Below are positions 57,698-64,000 of a stretch of DNA of 64,000 nt, in pieces. Position numbers and translations under genes: made by a program. The notes below the pieces were generated by a model. It was not told the DNA's origin and ran no database searches. It worked only from the letters and a program-made list of their open reading frames with translations. The stretch is from the NCBI GenBank assembly GCA_964016885.1, contig OZ024754.1:3472001-3536000 (forward strand), in the 5' to 3' direction. Each line of letters starts with the position of its first letter. The first letter of the stretch is position 1. The DNA is from Eledone cirrhosa (Eukaryota).

Positions 57698-59269
57698 TAG
57701 AGAGAGAGAAAGGGATAGAAAAAGTGATATATATAGAGAGAGGGAGAGATAGAGAGAGAGAAAGGGATAGAAAAAGTGATATATATATAGAGAGAGGGAG
57801 AGATAGAGAAAGAGAAAGGGAGAGAAAAAGTGATATATATATAGAGAGAGGGAGAGAGAGGGGAGAGAAAGGGATAGAAAAAGTGAGAGAAATAGAAAGA
57901 TAGAGATAGAAAGATAGAGACAGAAAGTGAGAAAGAGATGGATAAAAAGGGAGAAAGAAAAAAGAGATAGAGATGGATAGAGAGAGGGAGAGAAAGAGAG
58001 AGCGGAAAGCCAAAGTGAAAAAACAAAAACAATACCACTATTCTCTATAAAATGCCATTTCTTGTTTAAACCTGGTGATGTATTAAAAAATATATATAAA
58101 TGTAAGAAAGATAGGAAGAAAGAAGTAAAAAAAAAAATAATCACAGACTCCTAGCATCTTTATTGATCAATAATTCCAGTCCCATCCATCAGGGATAAGC
58201 ATACTCTCTCTCTCTCGTTATTAAAATCCCTCCTGTGTTTTTTTTGTGTGTGTATATATGTGTTTTGCTCTGCCTAGAGACATTTTTTCTCACTTTTTCC
58301 CTATATCTATCCACCCCCACATCATTTTCATTTCTCATCAATTTTTCCTTACTTTTTTTTGTACACGTGTATATATATATATATATTACACACACACATA
58401 TATATACACACACACACATTTATATCTCTCTCTATATATATATATATGTGTGTGTGAGTGTATGTGTGTGTGTGCGTGCGTGTGAGTGTATGTGTGCCAC
58501 ACTTTAAACTCATCATCCCTTTCCTGTTACCTTATACACATGCACCATACATTCATCTAGATAAATTAAAGTTGTCTAAACGATACACCTTAAGCACCAC
58601 ACCGTTTTATTTTCTCCCCTACACAATACATACAATTCCTCGTCCCTTCTATATCTATCTTTCTGGCCCCTTTATCTATCTTGTCTATCTATTTATCAAT
58701 ATATCTATCTAGCTCCTATATATCTATATCTATCTATATATATACATATACCTAGCTTCTTTATCTGTCCATCAATCTTTTATGTTTGTCCATCTCTTTA
58801 TTTATATATATATATATATCTATCTAACTTCTCTATCTATTTGACTGTTTTTTTATCTACTTATATATCTAACGTCTAATTCTCCTCTCTCTCCACTATC
58901 TAACATCTAACTCTCTTCTCTCCACCATCTATCTATCTAGCTCGCTAGCTAGCTATCCCATATTTTTCTGTGTCATCCAAGCAGATATTTAGGTAGATAT
59001 GGGTTTGTAGTTGTTTTTTTTTCAACTGTGCTGAAAATCCATTCTTCAGTGGAACCAAATCTTCTGCTACATTGCAAACAAAACATGAAGAGAAGTCATG
59101 AAGACAATCCAAGAAGCAATGCATTGTACGGTCACTTGCTTCTGCTAGGATTAAAATGATTGTTTCTTGCCTGTTTTTTTTTTCAAGCTTGCCTGAGTCA
59201 GTTAAATCTTATAGGTTATCTCAGTTTTATCACCATTGAGAGACTGAGAGTACAAAACTCTCCCTTGGT

Positions 59270-59418
59270 ACTCATCTTTTCAGTTGAATGAACTGGAACA
59301 GTGTAAAATAAAGCATCAGGCTCAATGACAGAACACATCTCCTGGTCTGAGAATTGAACTCACTGTACATTATAATAGTGAGTAAAACACTCTAACCACT
59401 TAGCCATGTGTCTTCACT
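59270..59418 (-). mobile_element. Diverged SINE family B head
   Basis: ggtctgagaattgaactca..ctctaaccacttagccatgtgtcttc. Confidence 0.7.
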
Positions 59419-59528
59419 TGATTTGCTAGAAACATCAGTAACTTTCCTTCAAATGACAATATTGCTTCTTTACTTTTCTTTCATTTTTTTTTTCTAAGTA
59501 AATATAAATCTGGAAACAATGTCTTTAA

Positions 59529-59880
59529 CCCTTTAACATGGATTGGCAGTATCAGAAGATCGGATGCCATGCTTTGACACATAGAGTTACAGCCCTTTCC
59601 ATTCTGAGTTCAAATCCCACCGAGGCTAACTTTGCCTTTCATCCTTATGGGGTCGATAAAATAAAGTACCAGTAATGCACTGGGTAATTGCTGGCCTTGT
59701 GCCAAAAGTAGAAACAATCTATTTATACTATTGTATTTTTGTGGTAAAGGTTTTATCTCACATATTATTTATTTTGCAAACAATACGTTAACATCAGTAC
59801 GAATGGCCAGTTATGACCGGTTCAAACAGAAAGAGGCGAGACGATTCTGGCCAGATGCAGCAGGTTTAAATGCTAAAGGG
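59529..59880 (+). mobile_element. piggyBac-type MITE containing a nested SINE A (~59539-59718)
   Basis: TTAA|ccctttaacat, then SINE A, then the MITE interior, then aatgctaaaggg|TTAA. Confidence 0.82.
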
Positions 59881-60254
59881 TTAAAAAGAAGAGTCACAAC
59901 TTAGTCATCTTTGAATGTAACTCTGCTAGAATCAAGCTGAGCTGAGATATAAACATCAACAACATCAATAACAATGAGTAAGCCTATACGTGGTTGCTCA
60001 TCTTGAAAGAAATAGCAGCCAAATATCCCTTAAATTACACACTATCATCTTTAAAAATGGGAATAGACATTGGATAATGTAAGCCTATATATATTATGTC
60101 TGGGAAAAATAAATAAATATCTAAAGACTGATGGAATGTCTTTGGCCAAAAGTAAAGTTTAATGGATCATTACTGGACCTTGATCTGAAGTTACAAAACA
60201 ACAACCATGATATGATAGAGAAAGCTCAACTGAAAGTTGTATTGAACACAATAT

Positions 60255-60422
60255 GCTTGACCAAAGATTTAATGGATCAAGGTTGACCTTGACCAAAGGT
60301 TTAATAGATCACTGATGACCTTGACCAAAGATTTAATGGATCAATGTTGACCTTGACCAAAGGTTCATTAGATCAATGCTGAACTTGACCAAACGTTTCA
60401 TGGATCAATGTTGACCTTGAAC
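60255..60422. repeat. ~32-bp tandem repeat, 5 copies
   Basis: ttgaccaaag(a/g)tttaatggatcaa.gttgacc. Confidence 0.85.
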
Positions 60423-62252
60423 TGAAGCTAAACAACAGTGTGCATGTGTGAGAATATGTGTGTGAGTATGTGTGTGTGTGTGTGAGTATGTGTGTGAGTA
60501 TGTGAGTGTATGTGTGTGAGTATATGTAGGCATCTCTTCTCAGATCAGTTAATGTGTGCATGTGTGAGGATTTGTGTGTATGTGAATGTGTGTATGTTAA
60601 TCTGTGTGTGTATGTGAATCTGTGTATATGTGAATCTGTGTATATGTGAATCTGTGTATATGTGAATCTGTGTGTATGTGAATCTGTGTGTATGTGAATC
60701 TGTGTGTATGTGAATCTGTGTGTATGTATGTGTATATATGTGTGTATCTACACATCTCTTCTCAGATCAGTTAATGTGTATATGTGTGTGCATGTGAATG
60801 AGTTTGTATACGTTTGTATGTGAATGTGTATATGTGTATGTACGTGAATGTACACATCACTCTCAGATCGGTGAATGTGTATCTGTGAATGTGTGTATGT
60901 GTATATGTGAATCTATGTGTATATGTGAATGTGTGTATGTGTATATGTGAATGTGTGTATGTATGTGTATATGTATGTGTATATGTGTATGTATGTGTAT
61001 ATGTGAATGTGTGTATGTATGTGAATGTGTGTATGTATATGTATATATGTGTGATTATATATATACGTGAATGTACACATCACTCTCAGATCAGTGAATG
61101 TGGAAGAAAAGTAAAACGTTAACAATGAAGATGAAAGTTTTTTTTCTTTTCTTTTCTGACTTCTTCCTTGAGATGTGTTTTATTGATGGCTTTAAGAAAT
61201 TTCTAGAAAATATATAAATTCCAACACTCTACCACCACCACCACCACCACCACCATGACAAATCACAACAACTACTACTAACTCCACCACCACAAACACT
61301 ACCACCACCACCATTACTAACACCACCAACACCACAGCCCTACCACCTCCACCACCACCACCAACACTACAACCTTACCACCACCACCACCACTACAACC
61401 CTACCACCACCACCAACACTACAACCCACCCAACATAACAACCACTACCAACCCTACCACCATCACAACCAACAGTACAACCCTACCATCACCAATGACA
61501 ACAACACTACCACAACAACACTACCACAACAACACCACCACCACCACCACCAACAACAACAGCAGTAATAATAATAAATTATTTCTTATGTGTCCATTTT
61601 CCATGACAACTTTAATTTCCTACATAAATATTTTTCCATCATTTCATGAAAGTTAAAACTAAAGATGACAGTGAAAACTGAAAATATATTGTTGTTGGTG
61701 CTGTTGTTGTTGTTGTTGCTGATGTTGTTGTGTAAGTCTCATGTCATGTGAACAGAGAGATGGAGATGGAGATACTTATTGAATACCTATAGATCTGTGT
61801 GTGTCTATGTGTAAATCACTGCATGTGTATCTATGTATATACATATGTGTGGTGTGTGTAGCACTGTATGAGTGAGTGTACACAGCATGTGAAGCTGTAT
61901 GGTTTAGTTATATATATATATATCTCTAACAAAATACACCCCCCCCACCCCATCCACACCGCCCCTTCAATGTAAAGTTATGTTGATCCAGGCCGAAACA
62001 AATGAGATCGTGTAGGTGTCACGACAAAAAAATACACAGTCCACGCTGTAATGTGGCCGTGTAGGCAACACGGTAAAAACCTCCCAGTCCACACTGTAAA
62101 CGTGGTTGGTGTTAGGAAGGGCATCCAGCTGTAGAAAACCCGCCAGACAGTCCTATGCGAGCAAGACAATCACTCTTGCCTCAAGTGGGAAAACCCCCGT
62201 CCAAACCCATGCAAGCGTGGAACACGGACGTTAAACGTTGATGATGATGATG

Positions 62253-62283
<31 letters not shown>

Positions 62284-62472
62284 GTCGATCGACTTTCGTC
62301 AAATCGGACCGAGGAAACAATGTTTCCATTGGTCTTTCCAATTGTTAATACTCTCTATCAACCAACCGGAAATTTATAAATTCCTAAATTTATAAATTTA
62401 ATTTATAATAAATTGAAGTGAAAGCAACTGGTGCGTGTGTTTCTTATTGGCAACATGACCCTCCCAAAGCAT

Positions 62473-62513
<41 letters not shown>

Positions 62514-63285
62514 CAACATTGTACATGGAAAAGCAGATACAGAGTGTGTGTATGTGTGTGCATGTGTGCATACATATGTGTATATGTATAGATGTGTGTG
62601 AATACTCTATTAAAATGCACCAGGTAACTCATATAAGCATGAAATAAGATAAATAAAACCATAATCAAACCAAAAAATTAAGCAAAAAACAAAAAATAAA
62701 AACAAGATAAATAAAATATATCTTTCTGTAAAGTATGGAGCTCACCCCACCCTCTTTCTCTTCCCACCTTCTTATGGTAAGAACAGATTCCCCAAACCTT
62801 GCACGAAATGGAAGAAGGTTTAGTTCTTGGATTTTAAAGTAGTTATATATATTCAAATGAGATTATGTGGAGAATTTATTTATATTTATGGTAATGAGCA
62901 AAAATATAATTGTGTTGCTGTAAAATTCAATTTCTTCAATATTATTGATATAGGAAAGACTTTTCAATTGAATATTTAACAGAAATAAAAAAGAATAAAA
63001 GTAAAAATGGAATTTGAATGAAATTTTAAAATCAACATAATAGATTACTGAGAAGAGATTTTGGTCAACCTTTGCACTAAGAAGTGAAGCAATGACGCAC
63101 TATGTTTCACTATATATGATGTTAACCAAGAATTGAGAGAAGAGGGAGAGCAAGGGGGAGAGAGAGAGAGAGAGAGAGGAAGAGAAAGTGGGAGAGAGGG
63201 GGAGCATGTGGGAGAGAGCGAGAAAACATTTCTGCTGATGTTGTTGATGTTTATGATGTCTTGTAATCTACCTTCTTTCAACTCT

Positions 63286-64000
63286 TTTCATTACAATATT
63301 TCTAATGAAAAGCACTGCTTAAGATTTTCAGAATTATTTTGAAAATAATCGAGAATTTGGAAGGATTTAGTAATATAGCTAACTTTGTCATTATTAAGCT
63401 GTTTTTTTTTAACATAACAAAGGTTCTTACACAGAATTATGATGGAATGGTTTTAGATAAATATAAACCACTTTAAACCTTTCATTAGCATATTTCTAAT
63501 GAGACACAGTGCATAGGAATTTCAAATAATTTTGAAAATAATCTAAAATTTTGAGTGATTTAGTAATACAACTAACTTTGTCAATAAGTTGGTTTTTGGA
63601 GCATAGCTTAACAAAGGTTCTTACATAAAATAATGATGGAATGTTTTTACATAAATATAAACCACTTTAAACTTTTCATTACCATATTTCTAATGAAACA
63701 CAGAGTAGCATTTTTAAATAATTTTGAAAATGATCTAGAATTTTGAGTGATATAGTAAATATTTGGAATATATCTTTAAAGATTCTAACATATAATTATG
63801 GAAAAAGTTATCTAGATAAGTATAAACACTTCCGTTACTATATTGCCAATAAAGAACACTGCCTAGAGTTTGCAAATAATTAAGAGTTTGGAGTGATTTA
63901 ACCCTTTAGTTACCAATCCAGTCCAAACCGGCTCTGGTTCTATGAAATAAAACTACCCATTTTAACCCTTTAGTTACCAACCTGGCCAAAACTGAAATAA
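63286..64000. repeat. ~193-bp diverged tandem repeat (3-4 copies) followed by two TTAA-CCC MITE ends
   Basis: tttcatta..atatttctaatga..cac near 63286, 63479 and 63672; ttaaccctttagttaccaa at 63897 and 63962. Confidence 0.75.

Overview
AT-rich, microsatellite-saturated eukaryotic DNA. The (TA)n/(CA)n density and SINE families are typical of an octopod cephalopod; this organism assignment is an inference. I can support one host gene: a BCL11A/B (CTIP)-family zinc-finger transcription factor on the minus strand. Two coding exons are visible: 30586-30176 (CCHC ZnF0) and 3902-1954 (ZnF1-6 plus stop). They join in phase across a 26.3-kb GT-AG intron. The first coding exon (MSRRKQ-type NuRD motif) was not found and probably lies beyond 64000, which would make nearly everything else intronic. 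The rest of the window is three SINE families, RTE-clade LINE 3' fragments, TTAA (piggyBac-type) and TA (Tc1/mariner-type) MITEs, many minisatellites and a ~500-nt poly(T). Almost all other ORFs in the track are repeat artefacts. The most unusual signals are: a 9x57-bp array of tRNA-like A-box/B-box modules; several hammerhead-ribozyme-like relics; a LINE and a SINE sharing a 3' tail; perfect fold-back hairpins in SINEs; a TIR-bounded higher-order microsatellite block; and nested transposons. I cannot demonstrate a new functional system from sequence alone.
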